Part shown: piece by piece, positions 51,332 to 62,465 of the stretch
Position numbering within the stretch: position 1 is the first letter of the stretch
How the letters are laid out: each line of letters begins with the position of its first letter
NCBI GenBank assembly: GCA_965198005.1
Contig: CBDAOI010000004.1
Span: forward strand, 672,001-736,000
Reading direction: 5' to 3'
DNA length: 64,000 nucleotides
Origin: Spirochaetia bacterium
Lineage (GTDB): Bacteria; Spirochaetota; Spirochaetia; SZUA-6; Bin103
The notes under the pieces: model-generated
What the model was told of the DNA's origin: nothing
Databases searched by the model: none
What the model saw: the letters and a program-made list of their open reading frames with translations, nothing else
Translations under genes and position numbers: made by a program

Positions 51332-51997
51332 CTACAGCAGGTGGCGCAGGCGTGCGCGTTTGGTGGCCAGGTAGGTGCGGTTGGCGGGCCTGGCGGCTGC
51401 CACCACGGGAATGCGTCGGGTGACGGTGATCCCCTCCCGCTCCAGGCCGCTGATCTTTTCCGGATTGTTGGTCAGCAGGCGGACCGACACGATCCCCAGC
51501 AGCTCGATGACGCGGGCGGCTGCCCGGTAGTCGCGCGCGTCGGCAGGAAACCCGAGCTGCTCGTTGGCGGCCACGGTATCGAGCCCGCGGTCCTGCAGCT
51601 CGTAGGCGCGGATCTTGTTCAGCAGGCCGATGCCGCGGCCCTCCTGGCGCAGATAGACCACGGCGCCGCGGTCGTGGCCGGCGACGTAGCGCAGCGAGGC
51701 CTCCAACTGCTCGCGGCAGTCGCACCGCAGCGAGCCGAAGATGTCCCCCGTGTGACACTCGGAGTGGACCCGCACCGGGCAGTCGGCGGCGCCGCGCAGT
51801 TCGCCGCGCACCACCGCGGTGAACTCGTTGCCGGTCGCGCCGTCCTCGAACCCCAGCAGCGTGAACTCCCCGAACAGGGTGGGGAAGGCGGCGCGTGCCA
51901 CCAGCCGCACGCGGCCGTCCGCACCGTCGCCGCCGCCGGCACCGTCGCGGTCGCTGAGTGGGGTGGAGCGGAGGCTTCGATGTTCTCCCGGGCTCAT
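51332..51997 (-). CDS. ribA: GTP cyclohydrolase II
   Basis: VRVHSECHTGDIFGSLRCDC, YLRQEGRGIGL.NKIRAY.LQD, LLTNNPEK. Confidence 0.95.
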   Translation of the reverse strand: MSPGEHRSLRSTPLSDRDGAGGGDGADGRVRLVARAAFPTLFGEFTLLGFEDGATGNEFTAVVRGELRGAADCPVRVHSECHTGDIFGSLRCDCREQLEASLRYVAGHDRGAVVYLRQEGRGIGLLNKIRAYELQDRGLDTVAANEQLGFPADARDYRAAARVIELLGIVSVRLLTNNPEKISGLEREGITVTRRIPVVAAARPANRTYLATKRARLRHLL

Positions 51998-54214
51998 CAG
52001 GGGGCTTCGGCCACCGCGGCCGGCCCGGCTGGCGCCGGCTGTCGGGGTGCGCGCCGCCGCCGCGACAGCAGCCGGTAGCGCAGGAGCCGCCAGTACGAGC
52101 CGCGAATGAAGCGCAGGTCCCGTGGTCTGAGAGTCCGCCCCGCGTACACGGTCTGCGCCACCAGACCGGTGAACCGCTCCAGCAGGCGCGCCGCGGCCGG
52201 CGCCCGCCGCGCTGCCACCGCCACCCGGTACCGGTCGCGCCACGCCAGCCACCCGATGTGGCTCGGGTCCGGCACCCCGAACGTACGGGCCAGCAGCACG
52301 TGGCGCCGCGACAGCCGTATGAACGGGCGCAGCTCCCGGGTCACGCGCGGCTCCCGCAGGCGCCGGACCACGCGCCACGCCACCAGCGCCACTACCGCCA
52401 GGCCTGCTGCTCCCGCCGCCACGATCCACCAGGCCCGCAGCGCGGCCGCCGCGGCCGCCGCATCATCCTCCAGCGCGGTCACGTCCACCGTGCGGTCGCC
52501 GAGAATCGACTCCACCTGGCGCAGCGTGAATTCGTCCAGCTCCATGTAGAAGTCCAACATCATCAGCATCGGATCCTCACCGAAGAAGTTGCTGTACTGG
52601 CTCGGGTTCACCGCCGGCGTCGCCTCCCAGGCGGTCCAGCCGGCGTCCTCCAACCACACTTCCGGCCAGCTATGCGCCGCCAGCCCGGTGACCGTGGTTT
52701 CGTTCTCACCGGCCGGAAAGTTGACCAGAAACCCGGTGTTGTACCGCGCCGGGATGTTGTTCAGCCGCGCCATGATGGTAAACGCCGTGGCGAAGTGCAC
52801 GCAGTACCCTTTGCGTTCGTCGAACAGGAACTTGTCGATGAAGTCCTCGGACCGCCGCAGGTTCTCGATGTTGAGCGAATAGGTGCAGGTGCCGGAGAGA
52901 TACCCGGAAAGCTCATTCAGAAGCTGCCGCTCGGTGGCGCCCGAATCGACGAAGCTGGCCGCGATCTCCCGTACTTCGCGGCTGGTTCCGCGCGGCAGTT
53001 GCAGGTACCGGCGCCGTTGCTCCGCCGACAGCGGCCGCGTCCGCGTAGCCTGTTGCAGCAGGCCGTCCCGTTGGTCGCGCTCGATGAACAGCACGTCCCC
53101 GGCCACCAGCGGCTCGGTGAGCTGAAAGCCCCGGTGGAAGTGACCGCTCTGCAGGTCCGGTACGTCGCGCGGAAACCGGAACCGGAACGCGTCGAGGGTG
53201 TAGGGCAACTTGTTGTAGAAGTCGATTATCAGTTCCACCCGGATCGGGCGGTGGCGCGTCTGCGGGCGCCCGCGCCACAGGATCGATCCCGGCGAAGTGA
53301 CCGTTTCGTGCGGCTTGAAGGTGGTCTTCCAGGTCTTGCCGTCGTAGTGATCGAACACGTCGGTCTTGAGGTACAGTGGCCCTTCGACTTCGGCCCGGAC
53401 CTGAAAGATCGGCAGCGGCGACAGCACCGGCGTGCCGCCCAGCGAGCGTTCCTGAAACGAGTAGCCGTAGCCGGGAATGCCGTACAGCAGCGGGAACTGC
53501 GGCAGCGTGTTCGATACGTACTGGCGCAACTTCGGGTGCAGCGTAACGTCGATCAGCTTGCTGCCGGTGGCGGTGCGGCTGCCGGACAGCGCCAGCGCGG
53601 TCAGCATCACCACGGTGAAGAAGGCGCAGCCGTAGATCACCCTGCGCAGCAGGTACCTGCGCTCGCCCGCCCGCAGCAGAAGGTAGAACACGCACGCCAG
53701 TACCGTCACCAGCGACAACATGTAGAACAGAGAGGTCTGCACGATCACCGCTACGATCGCGCAGGTGAAGGTGGCGGCCAGCAGCACCGGCCACACGTAC
53801 CCCATGGTGACGAAGGTGGCGCCGAGGGAGGTGGCGAAGAACGTAGCCATGAGGGTGAACAGATTGGACACCGTGCCGGTCGCCGTTCCCTCGGCCATCG
53901 ACTCGAACCACAACCGGTAGGCCGAGAACGGCGTGATCACGATCCCGATCAGGACCGACAGGCCGAACGCGGCGGTAGTCAGCCCCGACGCGGCGTCCAA
54001 CGCCAGCCGCACCGGACCGGTGGCGAGCGCGCGCGCCACGTGCAGCGACGCGAGCGCGACGCTGAGCGCCAGCAGCAGGTACAGTGCCAGCGACGACCGG
54101 GTATACGCCCAGAAGAACAGGGGGATGCCTACCCCGTAGAGCAGCCCCAGCAAGGGCTTGAGGTGGAGTCTCCGGCCTATCCGCTCTATCCAGTCAGGTC
54201 TGCTCGTCGTACTC
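51997..54214 (-). CDS. Membrane transglutaminase-like domain protein
   Basis: N-terminal TM helices; GYCVHFATA, AHSWPEVW, W.AWEATP; start approximate. Confidence 0.85.
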
Positions 54215-55540
54215 AGCCTCCAGATCGGCGACGATGGTGTCGGCGGCGCGTAGCGTGACCACCCTCGTGCCCTGCTCGCGCAGGCGGTTGAAGTAGCCGG
54301 TGGTCGCGAGCGAGCTCCCCGCAGCCGGGTCATCCGCCGCCTGATTGTAGATCAGGGTGAGCTGGAAGTTGTTGGCGCGCTGCTCCTCCAGCAGCAGCAG
54401 AATCTCCGGGTCGAGCAGATGAGTGATGAAGAACATCGAGTTGACCTCGGTGTTCATGCCGGTCTCGAGATGGCTCTGATACAACTGGGCGGCCGAGATC
54501 TCACTCTCGAACAGCAGCTCGAAGGTGGACTCGTAGAACCGCTTGAAGTCCGAGCCGTGGTCGCCGCTGAATTCGTACGGCCGGCGGCTGGCGGCGCGCA
54601 CGATCACCGGCAGGTTGCGCTCCAGAAAGTGATTCACCAGCGCCACCAGCGCCTCCACGGTCACGTCTTCGGCCAACAGCACGTCGTTCGCGGTCGGCGG
54701 CACCGGGCGCAGGTCGACGTAGATGGTCACGGCCGGCTCGGAGGTGGAGTCGTAGTCCTTCACCACCGGGATGCCGGTGCTGGCGAATTTCTTCCACGCC
54801 AGATGGCGCACCGACTCGCCCGGCCGGTACTCGCGGAGCTGGTTGAACAGCGCGTAGTCGGGCAGGGCGCCGAGCGAGCCCTCCTCGGAGGTCCCGAACC
54901 GGCGCTCGGTGCCGGGGCGGAAGCTGCGCAGCGGCAGGATGCGCGGGTAGACCCGGAACGCGCGCTTGCGCACGCGCGGCCGGATGGTGAAGAGCTGCAG
55001 CGTGTCGCTCAGTTCGATCCGATCCAGCCCGATGTGGTAGATGCCGCGGTAGGGGAGCCGGACGGACTGTTCCCGCAGCACTTCCTCGCTGCCCGGCAGG
55101 TAGGTCTGCAGCGTCTGGCCGGCGTCGGCGTTGCCGGCCCCGGCGGAACCTGCTCCGTCGGCCGGCCGGATGGCGCGAAACAGGGCGCGCACGCGCGGCA
55201 GCGGAATCCAGGACCGGTTGTGGATGACGCACCGGTAGGAGATTACCTGTCCCTTGACCGGGTGCTCGTTGCTGAAGTGCTGGCGGTAGCGCAACCTGAC
55301 GGCCCCGAACAGCAGCAGCAGCAGCGACAGCACCGGCAGCAGGATCACGGCGGAGGCGAACACCACGAAGAAGGTGCCCAGGTAGGCGGCGGCGAGATAG
55401 CTGATCACGCCGGCAAACAGGTAGACGCCCATGGCGCGCATACCCAGCACCAACGGAAACCGCTCTCTGACGCCGGCCAGGACGCCGGCCAGGACGCCGG
55501 CCAGCCGGCGGAGCGGCACGTAAAGTGCCTGGCTGCTCAC
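54194..55540 (-). CDS. DUF58 domain protein
   Basis: RG.Y......D.L.LF, VYPRI, LREYRPGES.RHLAWK..A......VK. Confidence 0.88.
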   Translation of the reverse strand: MSSQALYVPLRRLAGVLAGVLAGVRERFPLVLGMRAMGVYLFAGVISYLAAAYLGTFFVVFASAVILLPVLSLLLLLFGAVRLRYRQHFSNEHPVKGQVISYRCVIHNRSWIPLPRVRALFRAIRPADGAGSAGAGNADAGQTLQTYLPGSEEVLREQSVRLPYRGIYHIGLDRIELSDTLQLFTIRPRVRKRAFRVYPRILPLRSFRPGTERRFGTSEEGSLGALPDYALFNQLREYRPGESVRHLAWKKFASTGIPVVKDYDSTSEPAVTIYVDLRPVPPTANDVLLAEDVTVEALVALVNHFLERNLPVIVRAASRRPYEFSGDHGSDFKRFYESTFELLFESEISAAQLYQSHLETGMNTEVNSMFFITHLLDPEILLLLEEQRANNFQLTLIYNQAADDPAAGSSLATTGYFNRLREQGTRVVTLRAADTIVADLEAEYDEQT

Positions 55541-56508
55541 GTGAGCCCCGTGGGTATCGGTACCGTATCCAGCACCTGCTCGACCACCTGAGCCGGCCCC
55601 AGATTCTCCATCCGCGCCTGCGCCGACAGCACGATGCGATGGGTCAGCACGATTGCGGCCACCGCCCGCACGTCCTCGGGCATCACGTAGTCGCGGTCGT
55701 TGAACAGCGCCTCGGCCTGCGCCGCCAGCATGATGTGCTGCGCCGCGCGCGGGCTGACGCCCAGGCGCAGCAGGGAGCTGTCGCGGGTCTGCTGCGCGAG
55801 CGCCACGATATAGCGCCGCACCTCGGTGGCAACCGTCACCGACCGTACCACCCGCCGCAACTCGATCACGTCGTCCGGCTGCACCACCGGCTGCATCGCC
55901 TGCAACGGATCCAGGGCGTACTGGTCGAGGATCCGGATCTCGTCGTCGACGTGCGGGTAGCCGATCGACAGCGAGATGCCGAATCGGTCGAGCTCCCCCT
56001 CGGGCAGGTGAAACACGCCGATGAAGGTCACCGGGTTCTGGGTGGCGATGACGAAGAACGGCTCGGGCAGCCGGTAGGTGGTGCCGTCGACCGTCACCGA
56101 CCCCTCCTGCATCGCCTCCAGCAGACTCGACTGAGTGCGCGGCGAGGCGCGGTTGATCTCGTCCGCGAGGATGAACTGGTGCATGATCGCGCCCGGCTTG
56201 AACTCGAAGGTGCGCGCCTCGTTGTTCCACACCGTCATGCCGACGATGTCGCCCGGCAGCAGGTCGGGGGTGAACTGGATCCGGCCGTAGTCGGTGCCGG
56301 TGCAGGCGGCCAAACAGCGCGCGAGCGTGGTCTTGCCCACACCCGGCACGTCTTCGATCAGGACGTGCAGCCCGGCAATGAATCCGATCAGCATCTGGCG
56401 CACCTGAAGCTGCTTGCCGACGAACACTTCGCGGACCTGCCGTTCGATGGTGCGGATCTGCTCGCAGTAGTCGCTGACGTCCCGGCGTTCCATGGGTTCC
56501 GGTACCAT
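55537..56508 (-). CDS. MoxR-family AAA+ ATPase
   Basis: HVLIEDVPGVGKT, RIQFTPDLLPGDI, LADEINRASPRTQSSLLEAMQE, ATQNP, LPEGELDRF. Confidence 0.95.
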   Translation of the reverse strand: MVPEPMERRDVSDYCEQIRTIERQVREVFVGKQLQVRQMLIGFIAGLHVLIEDVPGVGKTTLARCLAACTGTDYGRIQFTPDLLPGDIVGMTVWNNEARTFEFKPGAIMHQFILADEINRASPRTQSSLLEAMQEGSVTVDGTTYRLPEPFFVIATQNPVTFIGVFHLPEGELDRFGISLSIGYPHVDDEIRILDQYALDPLQAMQPVVQPDDVIELRRVVRSVTVATEVRRYIVALAQQTRDSSLLRLGVSPRAAQHIMLAAQAEALFNDRDYVMPEDVRAVAAIVLTHRIVLSAQARMENLGPAQVVEQVLDTVPIPTGLT

Positions 56509-56917
56509 GGCCTACACCGGCGGCTTAGACAAGCGCCCCGCAGCGGCAGGCGACGGGCAGTGGAGGAACGCGGCGGCCCCGCACGACCCCCGCCCGGGCG
56601 CCGGCAGCCTGCCGGAGTCCGACGAGCTCCTGGCGGTGCGGCTCACGCCACGCGCACGGGTCGGCCGCCTGCGCGGTTTCGGCGCGCCCGAGCCGGCGCG
56701 CGACCGGCGGGCAGCCGTACCCGTGCTGCTGGCCCAGGTGGCCGCCGCCCCGGTCGCCGGCCGCGCGAACGCCGAGCTGATCGCGCCGATCGCACACGCC
56801 GCACGGGTGCCGCGCAGCGCTCTCCGGATCGTGACCGGCCACCGCGCGCGCACCAAGCTGCTGCGCGTCCCCCCCGGAACCCTGGCCGCCCTCCGCCGCC
56901 ATCTCGCCACCGAGTGA
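56507..56917 (+). CDS. DUF167/YggU-family protein
   Basis: LAVRLTPRA, VAAAPVAGRANAELI, IVTGHRARTK; start uncertain. Confidence 0.75.
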   Translation: MAYTGGLDKRPAAAGDGQWRNAAAPHDPRPGAGSLPESDELLAVRLTPRARVGRLRGFGAPEPARDRRAAVPVLLAQVAAAPVAGRANAELIAPIAHAARVPRSALRIVTGHRARTKLLRVPPGTLAALRRHLATE

Positions 56918-56929
56918 ACGGAAGCCGCA

Positions 56930-57362
56930 TTCCGCATCGGTGTCGACCAGTATGGCCCAGTCCGGGCGGTACGCCCCGAGCGGGGTCGGCACCGCGAACC
57001 ACCCCGGGAGCTTGGCGTATACCCTCACGGCGGCGTTCTTCTCAAGCTGATCGGCAAACCGGGCCTCGATGTCGGATTCGTAGACGACCTGCTCGTACAC
57101 CGACTTGGTGGCATCGAGCATGTTCTTGAGATACCCCGTCAGCTCTTCGTTCTCGAACAGCTCCTGCGCGTAGTAGTGGTCGTCGCCGAGGCGTTGATAC
57201 TTGATGCCGTCCACGAGCGCCTGCCGCTTGCACCGATTGATGGCCTGCGCCGCAAGCTCGATGAATGCTTGGGGGTTGCGCTTGAAGTCATCAAGGCGGT
57301 GGCTGTCGCTGAGAATCCGCTGGACGCTGCGCCGGGTGAGGCGTGTCCGGTCCTGTAACTCG
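56930..57362 (-). pseudogene. Type III restriction endonuclease (Res) C-terminal fragment
   Basis: LQDRTRLTRRS..RIL, NPQAFI, VDGIKYQ, YESDIEARFA, YAKLPGWF.VPTPLGAYRPDWA. Confidence 0.85.
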
Positions 57363-57618
57363 GGGCTGTGACGATGCCTGCGATGTCGGCCCCCCTGATT
57401 CGACCGTGCTGGCACCGAAGAGTATAGTCGCGTTCCCGGTTAGTCTCTTGAGACCCATTGGAGAGTTAGCGCCAACGGACTTCTTGAGGAAATAAAACCC
57501 AATCGATTGTCCATGGGTTGGGTTCGGAGTGAGCATTCAACGGCCTCTGGCGATCGTTACGGCATCGGCCGAAAGCTCTCCTTCCTGAAGCCCCTGCGTC
57601 CGGTCCCACTTGGCGCGG

Positions 57619-58326
57619 TTAATCATCCGAGCCACGAACACGCGAATCTCCGAGGTCTTCGATGACGTCCCGAACGTAACGTCGAAGCCATGGCAACGGC
57701 TCATCGTGCGTCTTGAGTACTTCCAGTACGTCCCCTCCACCCCAATACTCGGCCGCTTGTACTGCGGCATCCCTGATCTCCGCATCATCCATGGCCAACG
57801 CGGAGCGCACGAGCTCCGCCCTCCAGTGGGCCGCGTCCGCGTTGGGTAGACGGGCGAGACACCGCAAAACCGACGCCGCGAAGTTCGGCTGTGTCGCGTC
57901 GAGACAGTAGTCCCACAGCCACTCGAAAACATACGATCGTTCCGTAGACCGCAAGGCGGCGTCGATGATGCTTTGGGCCGAATGGACCATTCCATCCTCT
58001 ACTGGTTCGGCCTCGAACGCAGCGATAAGGCGAGAAGCAAATCGTACTCGCGCATGATGTCGGCGCTTGGCGTCAGCTTCGACTTCCCGTGTAACCCAAT
58101 CCCTGTCTACCAATATCCGAGGTTGGAGCCAGTCGAACCAACCCGCCTGCAAATACTCTGCGAGCGCCCATTGCACGTTGCCCGCGTCGATCGAAACCGC
58201 CAGCGAATCGTTGCCGTGTTCGACTGAGCGGAACGGGTCCAGTTGTTCATGATCCGAGCGCAGTCCGTAGAGACCGAAACCAGTACCACCGGTGATTTCC
58301 AACTGAGCTCGTACTTCAATCTGCAT
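57619..58326 (-). CDS. Hypothetical protein with HEAT-like C-terminus
   Basis: EPVEDG..H.A, AL..DD.EIRDAAVQAAEYW; coupled to the upstream ORF. Confidence 0.6.
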   Translation of the reverse strand: MQIEVRAQLEITGGTGFGLYGLRSDHEQLDPFRSVEHGNDSLAVSIDAGNVQWALAEYLQAGWFDWLQPRILVDRDWVTREVEADAKRRHHARVRFASRLIAAFEAEPVEDGMVHSAQSIIDAALRSTERSYVFEWLWDYCLDATQPNFAASVLRCLARLPNADAAHWRAELVRSALAMDDAEIRDAAVQAAEYWGGGDVLEVLKTHDEPLPWLRRYVRDVIEDLGDSRVRGSDD

Positions 58327-58660
58327 CGAAGAGTTCCCGCGCTTTGTCTGTAATCAACATCTCGAATGCCTCGCGCTCGCGCGTGCGCAGCACATAAGTG
58401 GTTTGCAGCGCCGCGTTACGGTCGATCGGAATGGGCGCTTCCGATATGACGTCAATATCAAGAAGGAATCCAACTTGTCCTGTTTGTACATTGACAGTAC
58501 CGTGAGACAAGATAAGCCTGACATCGTCGTCATACCTGTACTCGGCGCGACTAAGGTAGTGGCCGATTCGCTCGGGCAACCCTTGGACGTCGCGCGGCGA
58601 ACACTTCAAGAAATCTTCGATTATCTTGAATCGGTCGCGCATATAGTCTGGCGCAAACAC
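58316..58660 (-). pseudogene. TIGR04255-like protein, C-terminal fragment
   Basis: FLLDIDV...LRTREREAFEMLITDKARELF. Confidence 0.55.
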
Positions 58661-58789
58661 GGGATGTCGACAACCACCTGACAGCGTTGGGGTGTGGCAT
58701 GCACCGGCCCGTGATTGGTCCTGCCCGGCCCACCCTTCAGCGCTACATCTCATGATACTGGCCTCCGGCGTAGGGTCAACGCTCGACGG

Positions 58790-59020
58790 GGCTCTTCACG
58801 GTTGGCGGTCACGAGCATCGGGTGTTCGCTCTTCGGCTGCGGTATCGGATCGTCGAACTCCTGCACCGTATCGATCCAGAGCTGCGTCGGCTCCTTGGTA
58901 TGCATGTGAGCGGTCTCCTGAGTATCGCCGTGCGCCATACACGCGGGAAGGTCCGGTACGTCGGGGAACGAAGGCCTGATCTTCGTTGCTCCAATAGAGG
59001 ATGATCGCGAACTTGTACAT
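58790..59020 (-). pseudogene. HicB-family antitoxin, frameshifted
   Basis: MYKFAIILYWSNEDQAFV then DVPDLPACMAHGDTQE...LWIDTVQEFDDPIPQPK in another frame. Confidence 0.75.
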
Positions 59021-59032
59021 CCACTCGTCCTA

Positions 59033-59254
59033 TCACACGAACTCATACACCGGCGTCCGGATGGAACGTACGGGGCTGCGTTGTTCGTGTACGATCCCTT
59101 GCAATCGTTCGACGGTCTCCGGCGAGAAGTGATGCTCGCCGGTCTCGACATTGACCCGTGCAGGGACACTCTCGACGACGAAGAGGCGCCCGTTGAATTC
59201 AACGTAGGCGCTGGCGAATAGTGGGGCAACCCGCGGGTCGAAGTACTTGTCCAC
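59033..59254 (-). pseudogene. YgiT-type zinc-finger/antitoxin-like ORF, degenerate
   Basis: VEFNGRLFVVESVPARVNVETGEHHFSPETVERLQ...P.RSI.TPVYEF. Confidence 0.65.
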
Positions 59255-59489
59255 TCAGGCACGTAGAGCCAGTATAGCCGATGTGTCGGTAGATGGGGAG
59301 GGGCAGAGCCGTAGCCTCACCGTGGCGCCGGAATGGGAAGCGGCCCCGGGCCGTGACGTCGACGACCCCGTGATGGACTGCTCGGTGCGTGGATGCCGGC
59401 AGGTGTGTCGTCAGGGGTACGCGCCCGGCGCCCCGGCAATAATCGTTGACCCGGGTCGGGGCGCGACAGTACGCTGACAGAGCCGAACC

Positions 59490-60812
59490 ATGAACTCCGT
59501 GGCTGAAGTCGATCGCGTGCTCGCTGGCGTGCAGCTTGCGCTGGCCCCCGAACCGTGCCCGCTGGCCGCGTGCCAGGGGCGGGTGCTGGCCGAACCGATC
59601 CGGGCGGACCGGGACCTGCCGCCGCACGACCGGGTGACCATGGACGGGATCGCGCTGGCCGCCGCCGCGCTCGAGGGGCGTGCGGGCGCGCCGCTACGGG
59701 TGGAGGGGGAGGTGCGGGCCGGCCAGGCGCGCGCCTCCCTGCGCGACTGCGCCAACGGCGCTCTGCGGGTCATGACCGGGGCCGTGCTGCCGGCCGGCAG
59801 CGACACGGTGATTCGGCATGAGGAGCTGCGGCTGGGCGATGGGGAGGTGTGGCTGGAGCCCGGGGTGCGGGTGACGCCGGGCCAGAACGTGCACCGGCAG
59901 GGGGCGGATGCCTGGGCCGGGGCCACCGTGCTGCAGCCCGGCCGGCGCATTTCCGCGGCCGACGTGGCCGTGCTGGCTTCCGTGGGGTGCGCGCAGGTGC
60001 CGGTCGGACGCCGCCCGCGGGTGGCGGTGATCTCCACCGGCGACGAGCTGATCGACGTCGGCCGGCCGATCGCCGCGCACCAGATCCGCCGCTCCAACAT
60101 CTACGCCGTGGCCGCGGCGCTGGGCGGGCTCGGGTATCCGGTGACCGCCGATCATCTGCCCGACGACCCCGAGCAGCTCGCCGCCGGCGTCGGCCGCGCG
60201 CTGGCGGCGCACGACGTGCTGATCACCACCGGCGCGGTGTCGATGGGGAGCGCCGACTATCTGCCGGAGGTGTTCGCCCGGCTCGGCGTGGCGTGCTACC
60301 TGCACCGGGTGCGGCAGCGGCCGGGCAAGCCGCTCTGGATCGGCGGCACCGACGACCGGACCGACGACGGCACCGGCGACCGGACCGAGGACCGAACCGG
60401 CGACCGGCGCGGCAGTGGGCACGGCGCCGGCTCCGGCAAGCGCGTGTTCGCGTTGCCGGGCAACCCCAATTCCGTGCTGGTGTGCCTGCGGCGGTACGTG
60501 ATCCCCTTCCTGGAACGCGCCCAGGGCGCGGCGGCGCCGCCGGTGCTGCACGCCGCCCTGACCGAACCGGTGGAGTTCGCGCCGCCCTTGACGCTGTTCC
60601 TGCCGGTGATCCTGGAGGCTGTCGGGGCCTCGCTGCAGGCGCGGCCGGCGCCGGTCCGGAACTCCGGCGACTTCCTGGCGCTGGCGGGCACCGACGGCAT
60701 CGTGGAGCTGGACGCCGGCCGCACGCGGTTCGCCACCGGAGAAGTGGTGCCGTTCCACCCGTGGCAACTGCCGCCCTGGACCGGCGCCGCCACCGCCGCG
60801 GAGCAACGATGA
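59490..60812 (+). CDS. moeA: Molybdopterin molybdotransferase
   Basis: GRVLAE, P.DRVTMDGIA, VMTGAVLPAGSDTVI, STGDEL, RPGKPL, ALPGNP. Confidence 0.94.
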   Translation: MNSVAEVDRVLAGVQLALAPEPCPLAACQGRVLAEPIRADRDLPPHDRVTMDGIALAAAALEGRAGAPLRVEGEVRAGQARASLRDCANGALRVMTGAVLPAGSDTVIRHEELRLGDGEVWLEPGVRVTPGQNVHRQGADAWAGATVLQPGRRISAADVAVLASVGCAQVPVGRRPRVAVISTGDELIDVGRPIAAHQIRRSNIYAVAAALGGLGYPVTADHLPDDPEQLAAGVGRALAAHDVLITTGAVSMGSADYLPEVFARLGVACYLHRVRQRPGKPLWIGGTDDRTDDGTGDRTEDRTGDRRGSGHGAGSGKRVFALPGNPNSVLVCLRRYVIPFLERAQGAAAPPVLHAALTEPVEFAPPLTLFLPVILEAVGASLQARPAPVRNSGDFLALAGTDGIVELDAGRTRFATGEVVPFHPWQLPPWTGAATAAEQR

Positions 60813-61861
60813 CTGCCCCCACGGTGCGCGACACCTTCGACCGGCCGCTGCGGGACCTGCGGATCTCGGTCATCGACCGCTGCAACTTTCGCTGTCCCTA
60901 CTGCATGCCCAAGGAGACCTACGACGAACACTACCGGTTTCTTGCTTCCGACGACTATCTGACGTTCGCCGAAGTGGAGCGGCTGGTGCGGCTGTTCGTC
61001 GCCCACGGGGTCACCAAGGTACGGCTCACCGGCGGCGAGCCGCTGCTGCGCCCCGGTCTGCCGCAACTGGTGGCGGCCCTGGCCGGGATCCCCGCGATCG
61101 AGGATCTGGCGTTGACCACCAACGGCTACCTGCTGGCCGACCGCGCAACGGCGTTGCGCGCCGCCGGTCTGCGCCGCGTGACCGTGAGCCTGGATTCGAT
61201 CGACCCGGCCACCTTCGCCCGCATGAACGGGCTGGAGATCCCGATCGAGCGCGTGCTGGCGGGGATCCGGCGGGCGCAGGAGGTGGGGCTGGCGCCGATC
61301 AAGCTCAACGCCGTGGTGCAGCGCGGCGTCAACGACCATACCGTGCTCGACTTGGTGGACGCCTTCGCCGACCAGCCGGTCGCGATCCGGTTCATCGAGT
61401 ACATGGACGTGGGCAATCTCAACGGCTGGGACCCGGGGCTGGTGGTGTCGACCGCGGAGCTCAAGGCGGCCATCGAGCAGCGCTACCCGCTGCAGCCGGT
61501 GGGCGCCGCCTACCGCGGCGAGGTGGCCCGGCGCTACCGCCTGACCGGCCGCGCGGCCGAGATCGGCTTCGTGTCGTCCATCAGTCAGCCGTTCTGCAGC
61601 GACTGCAGCCGCGCCCGCCTGTCGACCGACGGCACCCTTTACACCTGCCTGTTCGCCTGGCGCGGCACCGATCTGCGCACGCCGCTACGCGCCGGCGCCG
61701 ACGACCACGAGCTGGCCGAGCTGATCGGCAGCGTGTGGCGCGGGCGTACCGACCGCTACTCGGAGGAGCGCGCCGAGGTCACGGCGTTCGAGCGGGGGCG
61801 CGCGCCCACGCCGGAGCGCACCCGGGAGCGCAAGATCGAGATGTTTCAGATCGGGGGCTGA
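60809..61861 (+). CDS. moaA: GTP 3',8-cyclase
   Basis: LRISVIDRCNFRCPYCMP, RLTGGEPL, RFIEYMDVG, FCSDCSRARL, C-terminal IGG. Confidence 0.96.
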   Translation: MTAPTVRDTFDRPLRDLRISVIDRCNFRCPYCMPKETYDEHYRFLASDDYLTFAEVERLVRLFVAHGVTKVRLTGGEPLLRPGLPQLVAALAGIPAIEDLALTTNGYLLADRATALRAAGLRRVTVSLDSIDPATFARMNGLEIPIERVLAGIRRAQEVGLAPIKLNAVVQRGVNDHTVLDLVDAFADQPVAIRFIEYMDVGNLNGWDPGLVVSTAELKAAIEQRYPLQPVGAAYRGEVARRYRLTGRAAEIGFVSSISQPFCSDCSRARLSTDGTLYTCLFAWRGTDLRTPLRAGADDHELAELIGSVWRGRTDRYSEERAEVTAFERGRAPTPERTRERKIEMFQIGG

Positions 61862-61865
61862 CGGC

Positions 61866-62465
61866 GTGACCGAGCGCGCGATTCTTACCCACGTGTCCGC
61901 GGACGGGCTGCCGGCGATGGTCGACGTCGGCGGCAAGCCGCGCACCGCCCGCCGCGCGCGGGCGCAGGCGGAGGTATTCCTGCCGGCGCCGGTGCGGGCG
62001 CTGCTGCGCGACGGCGAGTTGCACAGCGCCAAGGGTCCGGTGTTCCGGACCGCGGTCACCGCCGGCATCATGGCCGCCAAGCGCACCGCCGAGTTGATCC
62101 CGCTGTGCCACCCGATCGGTCTGGACCACTGCCACGTCACCGTGGAGCTGAACCCGGCCGGCAACGCGCTGGTCACCTGCGTGGCCGCGGTCGAGCACAA
62201 GACCGGCGTGGAGATGGAGGCGCTGACCGGCGCCAGCGTGGCCGCGCTCACCATCTACGACATGTGCAAGGCGGTGTCGCACGACCTCGCGATCCGCGAA
62301 GTGCGGCTGCTGGAGAAAAGCGGCGGCAAGAGCGACTACCGGGCGGCCGAGGACCGACCGGACCGCCGGCGTGCACGATGCGTGACGCGGCCGAGCGCGC
62401 GGTCACCGTGCACTACTACGCGCTGCTGCGCGACCAGGCCGGTCGCGACCAGGAACAGGTGGTGA
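61866..62465 (+). CDS. moaC: Cyclic pyranopterin monophosphate synthase
   Basis: LTH...MVDVGGK, GIMAAKRT.ELIPLCHP, TGVEMEALTG, IYDMCKA, KSGGKS; the C-terminal tail overlaps moaD. Confidence 0.95.
   Translation: MTERAILTHVSADGLPAMVDVGGKPRTARRARAQAEVFLPAPVRALLRDGELHSAKGPVFRTAVTAGIMAAKRTAELIPLCHPIGLDHCHVTVELNPAGNALVTCVAAVEHKTGVEMEALTGASVAALTIYDMCKAVSHDLAIREVRLLEKSGGKSDYRAAEDRPDRRRARCVTRPSARSPCTTTRCCATRPVATRNRW

Noticed and set aside
62340-62465. moaC-moaD fusion or special overlap
   Set aside because: The genes are in different frames. The 88-nt overlap is best explained by loss of the moaC stop or an indel, and moaD has its own ATG.
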